Below are positions 28,786 through 38,807 of a DNA stretch of 64,000 nucleotides, in pieces (position 1 is the stretch's first letter; the number at the start of each line of letters is the position of its first letter). The notes below the pieces were generated by a model. That model saw only the letters and a list, made by a program, of their open reading frames with translations, did no database searches and had not been told where the DNA came from. The position numbers and the translations under genes were made by a program. The stretch comes from Candidatus Borrarchaeum weybense (GTDB lineage: Archaea; Asgardarchaeota; Sifarchaeia; Borrarchaeales; Borrarchaeaceae). The DNA lies in the NCBI GenBank assembly GCA_019057385.1, contig JAHQJS010000007.1, forward strand, positions 747,685-811,684. The letters are read 5' to 3'.

Positions 28786-30782
28786 ATTTTGAAATAGAAG
28801 CCAATGGAAATGGATATGAATCCTCCCTCGAAAAAACTGTAGCGTACGAAATTTTAAATGCTCTTATTAAAATTGATCTAAATCAATTGACACCCACAGA
28901 AGTGATGTGCAAACTCAGTGAATTAAAGGAAAGACTAAAAAAAGAAGATCGCATAAAAGAAACTAAAGTTGGCATCCCAAACCTTCTACCCATTTTTGGC
29001 TATGGAACTCTGACTCATTATCTACTAGAGACTCTAATTTGTCAAGAATGGATCTCAACTAAAGAGCTTAAAATAGTGCCTATTATAGTCTCGCAATCGG
29101 ATATCTTAAGAACAAGAAAATTAAATTCCGAAACTAAGAACTTTATTGATTTAGGAAGTTCATTAAAGCCAGAATTAAAAATACCATGGAAATTAGAACG
29201 TTTTGTCACTAGATTTTATAAAGCGGGAATGTTCGGTATTCCTTTGTTATTTCAGAAACCTTACCGAAATACAGTAATCCGAGAAATCCTAGTTTGGGAT
29301 AAGATTAAGCTAGCAATAATTTCAGCAGTTAATACTCAATCTATTTCAGAAATCTTTCAGAAAATTTCAAGCATGAGAGAAATAAGTGAAATGCATCATT
29401 TTGAAATTTTAATCTCTCCAAGAGGTTTTGATGATGAAAAACTTGCTGAATCGGCGTTATTCACAAATAATACTGACTGTAATCTATGGCACTCAAATTT
29501 TATCTCTTCAAATTATGCAGAAACAGCTAAAGAATTAAGTGAACTGGTTCATGTATATATACCTCAAACTGGTCAAAAGGAAAAGATATCACGTCGTAAA
29601 TTTGCTTGTTATATGTGCATAGATGATGTTCCAGGCAGTCTTGAATGTATTTTATTAAAGCTCTTACATCCTAACCTTCAAATCATAGACGAATCAAAAA
29701 AGAAAGATCTTTATCCTATTATTCATTATTTAAGAGTGCAGTTCTGCGGCAATCGGTATTTTTGCGGAGATGATAGAAGTGGTTTTGTAGATGGTTTTTT
29801 GTCTTTTATGCCTTTAAAGGAACCCATAAATTACAGATATACGCTTTCAACAGAAAAAGATCGGAAAGAAATATCGTCTATCTTTAAAGAACGGCTTGAA
29901 CGGCAACTTGAACCGCAATTCTCAGAAGAGGCAGAAGAAAAAAGTATGAAAACAAATCTTAATTCTGAAAAGAGACCTTCCTTACAAGAAAATTGGTCTA
30001 AGCGGAATCTAGAATGTAAAGAACAACCCCACTGTATAATCAATTTTTCAAAGCCTTCATTCAAGGGAACAGTTGAAAAAATTCTAAAAGATTCCTCTAG
30101 AGATGATTCAAAAGAAATTGTTGCTCATATAATGGCTTGTGTTAATGGAGATCCTGGTGCCTTTCTTACATTTCTTTTAGCCTTAAATCAAAAGTCTATC
30201 AAAGAAGACGAAAAACATACGAAAGATATAATGAACATCGAATATCTTACCTCTGCGAATTGTGCGTTTCCAGGCAAAACAGTTAATCTTCAAATAATCG
30301 GAACTCTAGAATCCGTAGAAAAAGGGGTTATAAAGGATTTGAAAGAAGCTCTTAATGCCGTTTACATTTTTACTCACAAAGATAACAGCGAATATATAGA
30401 AGAGAATCTTATAAAAGATTTATACGAACTTCTTAAAAAGAATGAAAATGAAACAGGAGAAGCTGCCAACAATTATAACGAGAATCTAGCTTTTGAATTG
30501 CATTTTCTAATGTATCCTGAAAAGTTAAGCGATAAATATCATGTTTATGCTGCTTATAAAAAACAAAATCAAAGTATGAACAAAACTGAAACCAGAGAAC
30601 AATATGATTGTATCTCAAAATATGAAAAGATCTTAAATTCTAATAAAGAAGAAAAAACAAAACGATCCCATGACAAAAGAACGATTTGTAAATTAACTAG
30701 AATAATCAATGCATTAATTGAAAAACTTGAAAAGATCAAAAGAAGAAAAGAAATTCATGATGGGGAATTCATCAAATTATAA
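28782..30782 (+). CDS. Multidomain protein: MutS-tail-like helix pair + degenerate RCK-like domain + two ACT-like motifs
   Basis: IDLNQLTPTEVMCKLSELKERL; IFGYGTLT; DDVPGSLECIL and NGDPGAFLTFL; ATGA overlap with the upstream gene. Confidence 0.55.
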   Translation: MNFEIEANGNGYESSLEKTVAYEILNALIKIDLNQLTPTEVMCKLSELKERLKKEDRIKETKVGIPNLLPIFGYGTLTHYLLETLICQEWISTKELKIVPIIVSQSDILRTRKLNSETKNFIDLGSSLKPELKIPWKLERFVTRFYKAGMFGIPLLFQKPYRNTVIREILVWDKIKLAIISAVNTQSISEIFQKISSMREISEMHHFEILISPRGFDDEKLAESALFTNNTDCNLWHSNFISSNYAETAKELSELVHVYIPQTGQKEKISRRKFACYMCIDDVPGSLECILLKLLHPNLQIIDESKKKDLYPIIHYLRVQFCGNRYFCGDDRSGFVDGFLSFMPLKEPINYRYTLSTEKDRKEISSIFKERLERQLEPQFSEEAEEKSMKTNLNSEKRPSLQENWSKRNLECKEQPHCIINFSKPSFKGTVEKILKDSSRDDSKEIVAHIMACVNGDPGAFLTFLLALNQKSIKEDEKHTKDIMNIEYLTSANCAFPGKTVNLQIIGTLESVEKGVIKDLKEALNAVYIFTHKDNSEYIEENLIKDLYELLKKNENETGEAANNYNENLAFELHFLMYPEKLSDKYHVYAAYKKQNQSMNKTETREQYDCISKYEKILNSNKEEKTKRSHDKRTICKLTRIINALIEKLEKIKRRKEIHDGEFIKL

Positions 30783-30877
30783 TATTTCAACATATGAAGA
30801 AGACTATTTAAATATATGTATACAAATAATTATGTATGAGGTATATTTCATACTAGACTCTCTGAAATATTTGTGAT

Positions 30878-31090
30878 GTGTTTAAAATGGGAAAATTTCT
30901 TTTTGTCTACGTATCTCCTGTGTTTGCATTAATCACATTTCTCTTGATAATATTTTCAATTCCGACATTTCCAAACCCTTTACCTATGCTTTCACTTTCA
31001 GGTTTTATTGTCGATGTCAAAATTTTCTTTTATGCTACAATTGCTATGCTTGTTGTATTCTCATTTATCATGATCTTTATTAGACGATAA
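30878..31090 (+). CDS. Small 2-TM membrane protein
   Basis: Two hydrophobic segments; upstream TTTAAATA TATA-like box. Confidence 0.5.
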   Translation: MFKMGKFLFVYVSPVFALITFLLIIFSIPTFPNPLPMLSLSGFIVDVKIFFYATIAMLVVFSFIMIFIRR

Positions 31091-31358
31091 TCTTTTAGTT
31101 TTAATTTGTAAAAAAATCACTTTTCGTAGATTTGTAAATGAAATGCCCAGTTATTTGTACTTTTCCATTTATTTGAATCATGTTTTTCTTGTACAAGAAG
31201 ACAAGATGTCAGTATAAGCGAAATTAACCAATACGTGAATGAATGAATCCGCTTCCTTTTTAAGGCCTCTGCCACTTTCAAGAGAATTAGTCAAAATGGA
31301 TTTATGTTTTTAGAGATTATATGATATTAATCAATCATAGTAAATAGGAGAATAAAAG

Positions 31359-31655
31359 GTGAAGGAGAAAAAGAAGGGATACATGCTCCTGGCAGATGGA
31401 AGTATTCATTCAGATTTGGAAGGACCACCAAAGGGACTCTTTGCTCGTGGGTACTTTCAAGATGATAAATTTTTCCCAGAAGGTAACATTGAAGGCGAAG
31501 GACCTCTTGGGGCTTCTGGCTCACCTGGATGGATGGAATTCTTTACAGGCACTTTTTATGGAATGCAGACAAGCCGCCCACCATTTCCACCTTATGTGGA
31601 GGGATATATGACACCTGATGGATTCCAACCATCTTCTAGGCGTGTTGTCTACTAG
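31359..31655 (+). CDS. Small Gly/Pro/aromatic-rich hypothetical protein with an internal duplication
   Basis: GYMLLADGSIH...PP...RGYFQDDKFFP parallels GWMEFFTGTFY...PP...EGYMTPDGFQP. Confidence 0.7.
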   Translation: MKEKKKGYMLLADGSIHSDLEGPPKGLFARGYFQDDKFFPEGNIEGEGPLGASGSPGWMEFFTGTFYGMQTSRPPFPPYVEGYMTPDGFQPSSRRVVY

Positions 31656-31692
31656 GAGATCCAAGGATATAATCTGTAGGATACGATTTAGT

Positions 31693-33546
31693 TCATCTGG
31701 CAAACTCTACTCCCAGTTCCTTTAGCAACTTTGGAGTGGGTATTCCGTTCTCATCCCAGCCTCGAACCTTATAAAACTCGGCAATCATGTGATCAAGCGT
31801 TTCTTGCGGGATTCTTTCTTTGTGATCTTTGAATGACAGTGTTTCTTCCTTAAAACGAGATGGGAGGTCGTCATCAGCACGTGTCAATCCTTGTCGAATA
31901 CTGAATAGGCGACCTAAATTGTAATTACGCTCACCAATTTTTAACATTTCATCTCTATCAATTTCGTATCCAGTCACTGCATTCAATACCTCTCTAATTT
32001 CGGCGAAATTCTGTTCGGCAAACCCACGAAATGTATTCACAACAAAGAAGCAAAGTACTAACGAATTGACAAATGATACCACATCATTAAAGTTTTTGAC
32101 TATTTTTGCTTTACCTTCAGTGGCAAACCGACTGATACCCTTTATAACGCCTAATTCTGCAGCGGCATTATCTTTCTCTATTGAGGTGTCGTGTAAGCCT
32201 TCTAAATGCGTGCATCCTCGATATGACGTGGCATAATCCAAACCCAAGCCCTTTTTGCCGCGTGGTTCATGCATTGGTGTCTCCAAGCCTTTTGTATGTA
32301 GCGCAAATGATTCACCGTTTATCGAGTCCGCGAAACGTTTTACCCCTTCTGCAAGTTTATCTCCAATTCCTTCACGGACCGTAATTTTATCAAGTAATTT
32401 GGAAATCCCTTCTTTCGAGCCCCAAGTTATTCCTTCTTGCCCCTTAACTAAGCCCCGCTCAGTAGCTTCCATCAGATACGCAATTACATTACCCGTGCTT
32501 ATAGTATCCAGACCATAAGCATTACATTTTTGGTTTGCTAGTGCAATAAATGAGAGATCGTCATTTAAATGCAAAGATCCGAAAGCAGCAACAGTCTCAT
32601 ACTCAGGTCCCCCATATTCTGGAACTACTTCTTCTCCAAGTGATGTTGTTCGAACTTCTCGTTTGCAACGGATAGGGCATGCTGTACAAGATGCTCTTCC
32701 TACAAGGATCGTTTTGTTCATTGTGGTGCCAGTAATCTTCTCGACTCCTTCAAAACTTCCAAATTGATAATTTTTTGTTGGCAAAATACCCAAGAAACTT
32801 AAAGCAGCAGCTCCCCCTGATGTTCCGTATTCACCCCACTCAATGGACTTGCTAAGCGTTTTTATGAAGCGGCGTCGTGCCTCATTGAAGCGTTTTTCAT
32901 CAAATATAGGAATCTTAAGTTTAGGAGTCTCAAGCAATACGATGGCTTTAAGGTTTTTAGAACCCATTACCGCACCATGTCCACATCTACCCGCGGCACG
33001 ATTTCGGTCATTGATAATACATGCGATTCGAACGAGATTTTCTCCAGCGGGACCAATGCACGCAACTTTAGCATTTCGATATTTTTCCCGAAGTAGGTCT
33101 TGGGTTTCTCCCACTGTTTTGCCCCATAAAAAGCTTCCATCCTTTAACTCAGCAGTACCATCAATCACTGCAAGATATGTAGGGTGATCAGTCCTCCCAC
33201 GGATAATGATTCCATCGTAACCAGTTCTTTTAAGCTCATTGCCGAAATACCCACCTGCATAACTTTCACCTAGAAATCCTGTCAGTGGCGATTTTGACAT
33301 AACAGCATGACGCCCACTGCCTGCGACAGGTAAACCGTTCAGGGGCCCAGTCATAACGATCAGAAGATTATCACGAGAGAAAGCATCCCCCTCTTTAAAC
33401 TCTTCTAACATGATCTTGATTGCTATCCCTCGGCCTCCTAGATACTTTCTGAGGCTTTCATCTGAGACAGAATAGTCTTTGATTTTATCATTGCCTAAAT
33501 CAATATCCAAAAGTCTCCCAAACATCCCGCCAGGCATCTCAAACAC
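31693..33546 (-). CDS. aor: Tungsten-containing aldehyde:ferredoxin oxidoreductase family protein
   Basis: YLGGRG, KSPLTG, CIGPAGEN, GAVMGSKNLKA, CTACPIRC, GPEYET, GLDTIS, RGWDENGIP. Confidence 0.93.
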   Translation of the reverse strand: MFEMPGGMFGRLLDIDLGNDKIKDYSVSDESLRKYLGGRGIAIKIMLEEFKEGDAFSRDNLLIVMTGPLNGLPVAGSGRHAVMSKSPLTGFLGESYAGGYFGNELKRTGYDGIIIRGRTDHPTYLAVIDGTAELKDGSFLWGKTVGETQDLLREKYRNAKVACIGPAGENLVRIACIINDRNRAAGRCGHGAVMGSKNLKAIVLLETPKLKIPIFDEKRFNEARRRFIKTLSKSIEWGEYGTSGGAAALSFLGILPTKNYQFGSFEGVEKITGTTMNKTILVGRASCTACPIRCKREVRTTSLGEEVVPEYGGPEYETVAAFGSLHLNDDLSFIALANQKCNAYGLDTISTGNVIAYLMEATERGLVKGQEGITWGSKEGISKLLDKITVREGIGDKLAEGVKRFADSINGESFALHTKGLETPMHEPRGKKGLGLDYATSYRGCTHLEGLHDTSIEKDNAAAELGVIKGISRFATEGKAKIVKNFNDVVSFVNSLVLCFFVVNTFRGFAEQNFAEIREVLNAVTGYEIDRDEMLKIGERNYNLGRLFSIRQGLTRADDDLPSRFKEETLSFKDHKERIPQETLDHMIAEFYKVRGWDENGIPTPKLLKELGVEFAR

Positions 33547-33706
33547 CAGACTTTAATTATGTTAAGACAATTTTTTGCTGTTATCACAGTTATTGAATAT
33601 ATGCTACGACAGGTGAATTTTTAAATACAACTTCACTCTACATTCAGTTAAGAAAATTGTTTCACGAGTTACACCGCATCTTTATGCTTATGGAGGATAA
33701 TGAATA

Positions 33707-34468
33707 ATGTTTGCTCCACCTGAAACCGGCTACGACCGGGCAATTACAATCTTTTCTCCTGATGGGAGACTATTCCAAGTAGAATATGCTATAGAAGCCG
33801 TGAGGCGTGGAACCACTGCTATTGGACTTAGAGCTGCTAATGGTGTAGTGTTAGCAGTTGAAAAACGTATTCTTAGCAAACTTGTGGAAGAATTTACAAT
33901 TGAAAAAATCTTCAAAATAGATGAACATTCGGGCTGTGCGATAGCTGGATTAACGGCCGATGCTCGAATTCTTATTAACCAAGCTCGCGTGCAAGCTCAG
34001 ATTAATCGACTTACCTATGATGAAGATATCCCTATTGAGACTTTGACACGATATATAGGAGATTTAAAACAAAGATATACACAGACTGCTGGAGTAAGAC
34101 CCTTCGGTGTGAAACTATTGATCGCAGGAGTTGATGCAACCGGACCAAAATTGTATGTGACTGACCCAAGTGGGACCTACATAGGTTATCAGGCTGTCGC
34201 TATTGGTTCGGGCGAACAAACAGTTACAGAATTTTTGGAGAAGGAATTTAAGGAAAATGCTGATATCAACGATAATATTAAACTTGCTTTAAATGCATTG
34301 GCTCTAGTTGTTGAAAATGGACTAGAAGGAGGAGACGCGGCTCAAAAAGTCGAAGCAGCGATAATAGACACAGAAACAAGAACTTTCACCAAACTTTCTG
34401 ATGAAGAAATAAAAAAATTCGTTGATGCAGCTCAAAATGAGCGTCCAGATACTACTACTCCAATCTAA
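33707..34468 (+). CDS. psmA: Proteasome subunit alpha
   Basis: GYDRAITIFSPDGRLFQVEYA, GLTADAR, RPFGV, TDPSG. Confidence 0.97.
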   Translation: MFAPPETGYDRAITIFSPDGRLFQVEYAIEAVRRGTTAIGLRAANGVVLAVEKRILSKLVEEFTIEKIFKIDEHSGCAIAGLTADARILINQARVQAQINRLTYDEDIPIETLTRYIGDLKQRYTQTAGVRPFGVKLLIAGVDATGPKLYVTDPSGTYIGYQAVAIGSGEQTVTEFLEKEFKENADINDNIKLALNALALVVENGLEGGDAAQKVEAAIIDTETRTFTKLSDEEIKKFVDAAQNERPDTTTPI

Positions 34469-34539
34469 AATATTTTTCTTCTTTTGCAAGAGTTTTATCA
34501 TTTCATTTTTTGCTCAAAAACAATTTCTATTATTTTTGT

Positions 34540-35319
34540 TTAATTATGGCTTAGTTCTTCGATTATTTCTTTTAATCGCAACAGAATTTGTCCAAGCGGA
34601 TTCTTAGCTAGAAACGCAGTTGTAAGTGTTTCAGAAAGTTTACACACATACAATTTTATATCACTCTCTAAAGTCTTTCTAATGAAATCAGAAACATTGA
34701 AACTAGAGACGTGTTGCTGCACAAGGTCTAGTGCCATTTTTTCGTATTCTTTATCAACGTCAGCAAAGTTTCCAAAGACAAATTTATCTCCTTCAAAAAA
34801 TAGAATCTCAATTGTTCCTAGGTGTTTAATCTTTTCAAAAATTCTCTTCACAGTTTTGCATAAAACTTCATCTTGAATTTCATGTACATTAAAATCAATT
34901 GGTCGATCAGAATCGTTTCTAGGTGTCTTAGAATTTGGAAATGCTTTCTCAAGTTGTTTATGATACTTCTTAACGATCGTATTCAAATTCACTAAAACAG
35001 TTCCAATTGACTCATTTGTTATCAAGCTCACTACAACATCTTCAGCAATTTTGAAGACATAAAGTTGAGAATTAAGGTCAGTTAGTCCTCTTTGAATGAA
35101 GTCAGAGACATCCATGTTGGCAAAACTTCTCTTTACTATATCTACAGCAAGACTTTCATGTTCTTCATTGGTAAAAGATCCATGAAGAATCTCACCATTT
35201 GATGCTAAAAACATCACGCCAAAAGAGCTTAACGGCCCTAAATCTGATAAAATATTCACTAAAATATCCTTTGGAGATGACATGTGGCTCACTAAATAAG
35301 TAAACTCATTTAAAGGCAA
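34540..35319 (-). CDS. Protein with two tandem Roadblock/longin/profilin-like domains
   Basis: Internal duplication: LAVDIV..MDVSDFIQR..LYVFKI..SIGTVLVNL versus MALDLV..FNVSDFIRK..LYVCKL..PLGQILLRL. Confidence 0.6.
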   Translation of the reverse strand: MPLNEFTYLVSHMSSPKDILVNILSDLGPLSSFGVMFLASNGEILHGSFTNEEHESLAVDIVKRSFANMDVSDFIQRGLTDLNSQLYVFKIAEDVVVSLITNESIGTVLVNLNTIVKKYHKQLEKAFPNSKTPRNDSDRPIDFNVHEIQDEVLCKTVKRIFEKIKHLGTIEILFFEGDKFVFGNFADVDKEYEKMALDLVQQHVSSFNVSDFIRKTLESDIKLYVCKLSETLTTAFLAKNPLGQILLRLKEIIEELSHN

Positions 35320-35472
35320 GATTTCATCTTTGAAATATCATAAGTTAAAAGACAATATACTATATTAAGTATTTATACATGTCTTCAAAACACTTAATTC
35401 CTCTTCTATATATTCTATGGGCACAAACGAATCTAAAAATAAAAAAAAGAAAAGTAAAATTGAAAAAAGAGA

Positions 35473-35810
35473 TTACCAGAAACTGCGCGAATCTTTAAAC
35501 ATCTCTTCTAAATCTTTCGCAGTTACAGGTCTCGGCGAACAAGACAGAGTTCTTTGTTGTTCTAAAGTTCCTTGTACCAATTGAGGAATCTCTGATTCGT
35601 TATATCAGCTTTAATATCTTCATTCTCGATTATTGCCTTCACTTTCTCTGCAAGCCCAATTTCAACAATGTTTTTATCGGTAATAATTAGTGTATTCTTT
35701 ACGCCAAGTCTCTTTAATTCATAGCCCAGTTCATTTGTAGCGCCTATACCAAATTTAATAGAAGATGCAGATGTTGTAAAAATAATGTCTAATCCTGTAT
35801 CAATTGCCAT
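35473..35810 (-). pseudogene. Internally deleted Fe-ADH/hydroxyacid-oxoacid transhydrogenase pseudogene
   Basis: The N-terminus (IKFGIGATNELGYELKRLGVKNTLIITD) is joined out of frame to the family C-terminus (IPQLVQGTLEQQRTLSCSPRPVTAKDLEEMFKDSRSFW*). Confidence 0.85.
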
Positions 35811-35998
35811 TTTTTTCCCTCTAAATCTTATAATTAGCAAATTACCCTTTGTGGTTTTATAATATTTCGTGTTAGAGCACTAGAATACGGTACAAGACTC
35901 TGAAAAACAATATTAGGAGTGAGTGCCTCAGTTATTTCACTTAAAAGAATTGAAAAATGAACGACTTTTAAGAAGGAACACATCTAAATGTCATTAAA

Positions 35999-36367
35999 TT
36001 ATGATTTGAGGAGCATATCAATTTCTTTAGGATCTAATTTTGGGCCTGCAGTTTCTCCAAACCAATATGGTTCCATTTGTGCTGATGGATCCTGTGAGGC
36101 TTCATACAAACGTTCAGATACCCATGTGTGATACGCTATATTCAACCATTCATTCGTATTCAATAGCTCATTTGTGAATTCGGTCATTTGAATCTTTAAC
36201 TTTATACCTACTTCTTCCCACTCTTCATAAACTGTTAATATCTTTTCATGGCTACCTTCACATGCTTCATAAGCTTTTTTGAGTTTATATTTCCATGCAA
36301 TGCCAACAATAATACCAAAAACCAGTCCTATGAGTCCTCCGTAAATTAATGACTCAATAGATACCAT
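35999..36367 (-). CDS. Hypothetical single-pass membrane protein
   Basis: N-terminal TM followed by a helical region. Confidence 0.65.
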   Translation of the reverse strand: MVSIESLIYGGLIGLVFGIIVGIAWKYKLKKAYEACEGSHEKILTVYEEWEEVGIKLKIQMTEFTNELLNTNEWLNIAYHTWVSERLYEASQDPSAQMEPYWFGETAGPKLDPKEIDMLLKS

Positions 36368-36588
36368 TTTATCGCCTTTGTTTTACAAGAAAATTGAAGT
36401 TCTGCTTTTCCTAATTAATTTGCATTAAGAAAATTTGAGTGTATCGGTATGAAAATTCTAAAATATATTAAAATAAAATAGACTGATGCCTTTCTTTTTA
36501 GTTAGAATTAGGTAGTTTTGATTCAAAGTCAATCAATTTGATATATACAGGTATCTAAGATAATTATCAGTTCAATTTTGAAAAAAAC

Positions 36589-37824
36589 TTGGGCTGTGAT
36601 CATTTGAACAATAGTTTAAAGACAATACTTGAAGCAATTGAAGATAATAAAGAAGAATTAATTGAATTCTGTCGCGAAATCGTCAAAATTCCAAGTTATA
36701 GCGGCAAAGAAGAAACACTTGCTAAAGTAATCGCCAAATGGATGCATGAGTTCGAGTTTGATAATGTGATGACAGATGAACTTGGAAGTGTCATTGGATT
36801 TATTGAAGGAAAAGCAGGTAATGATCATCTACTTTTATTTGATGCCCATATGGATCATGTGAATGTTGGAAGGCGTGATGTTTGGGATTGTGAGCCTTTT
36901 GGAGCGATAATAAAAGATAATGCGATTTATGGACGTGGTGTAGTAGATATGAAGGGAGCACTTGCAAGCCAAATCTTTGCTCTCGGAATGATACGGAGAT
37001 ACGGAATTACACCACCAACTGATTTATGTATGGCTGCAGTGGTTTTTGAAGAATTAAACGAAGGACTGGCTGTAAAACATATTATAGAAAATATCGGAAT
37101 TACACCAAATTGTGTTATTCTTGGTGAGCCCTCAAATCTGAATCTATCGATAGGACAACGGGGTAGAGCAGAAATTGAAATAGTTACAAAAGGTAAAACG
37201 AGTCATGGTAGTATGCCTGAACTCGGAAAAAATGCGATTTATCCTATGACTTCTATTATCAATGAAATAAAAAAGTTAAATGAAAGACTTTCGTCACATC
37301 CGTTCCTAGGTAAAGGATCGGTAACCATAATTGATATTTCTAGTTCGCCAGGGGGAAATGTAGTACCTGATAAATGTCGAATTGTTGTCGATCGCCGTAT
37401 TATCCCTGGTGAAACAGAAGAAGTAGTAATCAACGAGATGCATGATGTAATAGAAAGTGTAAGAGAACAAATATCTGATGTGGAAGTTTCTGTTAGTATT
37501 ATTGATGAACCTGTGCAATTTTTTACGAAAAAAACACTCATTGATCATAAATATTTCCCTACATGGTATTTTGACCCTTCTACTCCTTTGATTCAAAAAG
37601 CAAAAGAGGTTCTTGAAAAATCAGTTGGTCAACATGTTAAAATCATAAAATGGCTTTTTTCAACTGATGGAGTCTACACAGCGGGCATAGCTAATATACC
37701 AACAATTGGATTTGGTCCAGGAGAAGAAGAACAGGCCCATACACCAAACGAGCATTTATCAATAGATGAATTAATTAAATCGGCTAAAGGCTACGCAGCA
37801 CTTGCATTGAGACTTCTACCTTAA
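36589..37824 (+). CDS. M20 family metallo-hydrolase (YgeY/ArgE/DapE-like)
   Basis: DAHMDHV, GRGVVDMKG, FEE, GEPS, GQRGR, STDG, AHTPNE. Confidence 0.92.
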   Translation: MGCDHLNNSLKTILEAIEDNKEELIEFCREIVKIPSYSGKEETLAKVIAKWMHEFEFDNVMTDELGSVIGFIEGKAGNDHLLLFDAHMDHVNVGRRDVWDCEPFGAIIKDNAIYGRGVVDMKGALASQIFALGMIRRYGITPPTDLCMAAVVFEELNEGLAVKHIIENIGITPNCVILGEPSNLNLSIGQRGRAEIEIVTKGKTSHGSMPELGKNAIYPMTSIINEIKKLNERLSSHPFLGKGSVTIIDISSSPGGNVVPDKCRIVVDRRIIPGETEEVVINEMHDVIESVREQISDVEVSVSIIDEPVQFFTKKTLIDHKYFPTWYFDPSTPLIQKAKEVLEKSVGQHVKIIKWLFSTDGVYTAGIANIPTIGFGPGEEEQAHTPNEHLSIDELIKSAKGYAALALRLLP

Positions 37825-37966
37825 AAAAATGATATCTGGTAATATTTGACCTTTTTAAACAAAGATATTTATTTCTCTTCCCTCATCGACAGATTATTTG
37901 ATTTATATAATACTTGAAAAGTAAGAAGAAAAAAAATTGTCATATCCTAAGAAGGATAGCATTTAG

Positions 37967-38009
37967 AACGCAATTCCTCTCCCCCGTAAAAGGGGAGTTT
38001 CCTTGCGTT
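37967..38009 (-). mobile_element. Isolated IS200/IS605-type left-end hairpin
   Basis: Plus strand AACGCAATTCCTCTCCCCCGTAAAAGGGGAGTTTCCTTGCGTT: nested AACGCAA/TTGCGTT and CTCCCC/GGGGAG stems. Confidence 0.6.
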
Positions 38010-38041
38010 GATTCTTTGAACATTTGGCTATAGATCAACTA

Positions 38042-38247
38042 ATGAGCTACCTCATGTTTAAGTTATGAGGCTTCCTGCTTCAACCACAGACTCGATCCCC
38101 CATGTTGGGGTTACGGAGGTCTTATGTCCACAGGCGTGAATTCCCTACGCACCATAGGTACTTAATTACCCGCTTACCAAAAAATTATATAAACCCAACT
38201 TAATTTATCCCCATACTAAAGCGCTTGTACTTTCTTGCTTAGTTTTC
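38042..38247 (-). mobile_element. Non-autonomous IS200/IS605 mini-element, copy 2
   Basis: Shares GAGCTACCTC, GAGGCTTCCTGCTTC, ACAGACTCGATCCCC, GGGTTACGGAGGTCTTAT, TCCACAGGC, CCCTACGC and CTTTCTTGCTT with copy 1; preceded by TTAC and ends TCAT on the minus strand. Confidence 0.85.
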
Positions 38248-38367
38248 GTAAAATCCGCTAAAGGTTATGCAGCTCTTGCTTTGGGATTATTATCATCTTG
38301 AATGAATTTCTAAACCCCGATTAGATCGTGTGTAAACAGAATCTAAAGAGTAGAAAAAAGAGTAAAA

Positions 38368-38613
38368 TTAGTTTATCGTTCTGTAAATATTCTGTCTCAT
38401 ATCCTGCAAGTTTGGCAAACGCTGAATTAGATGTGCATCTAAAAGGATCTTTAAAGCGTAACGAACTGTTCTGGGAGCAAGTTTACATCCATTTTGAATA
38501 TCTTTTGCGGTAATTGGGCCCTGGTTCTTTATTAAATTATACACCGTTTTGGCACTTGGGGGGATACTCCTGGAAACATCTAATTCCTGTTTCACAACAG
38601 CCTCTGCAATCAT
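38368..38613 (-). CDS. Small winged-HTH transcription regulator (MarR/TrmB-like)
   Basis: PPSAKTVYNLI...GPITAKDI...LAPRTVRYALKIL...PNLQDMRQ. Confidence 0.85.
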   Translation of the reverse strand: MIAEAVVKQELDVSRSIPPSAKTVYNLIKNQGPITAKDIQNGCKLAPRTVRYALKILLDAHLIQRLPNLQDMRQNIYRTIN

Positions 38614-38807
38614 TATCTTTCAACACCATAAAATTATTTTTTTATTAGGTTTTCATCGAATGTTCGCTTTTTTACGAACAATATTATTCGGTGACGACCG
38701 AATATATATAGTTTTTTGTTACGCGCGCGAAAAAGCGTAATAAGAGGGGGATGAAAACGTGATTATTTATAAAGAAATCAGACACTCGCAATACTAGCGC
38801 GCCATAT

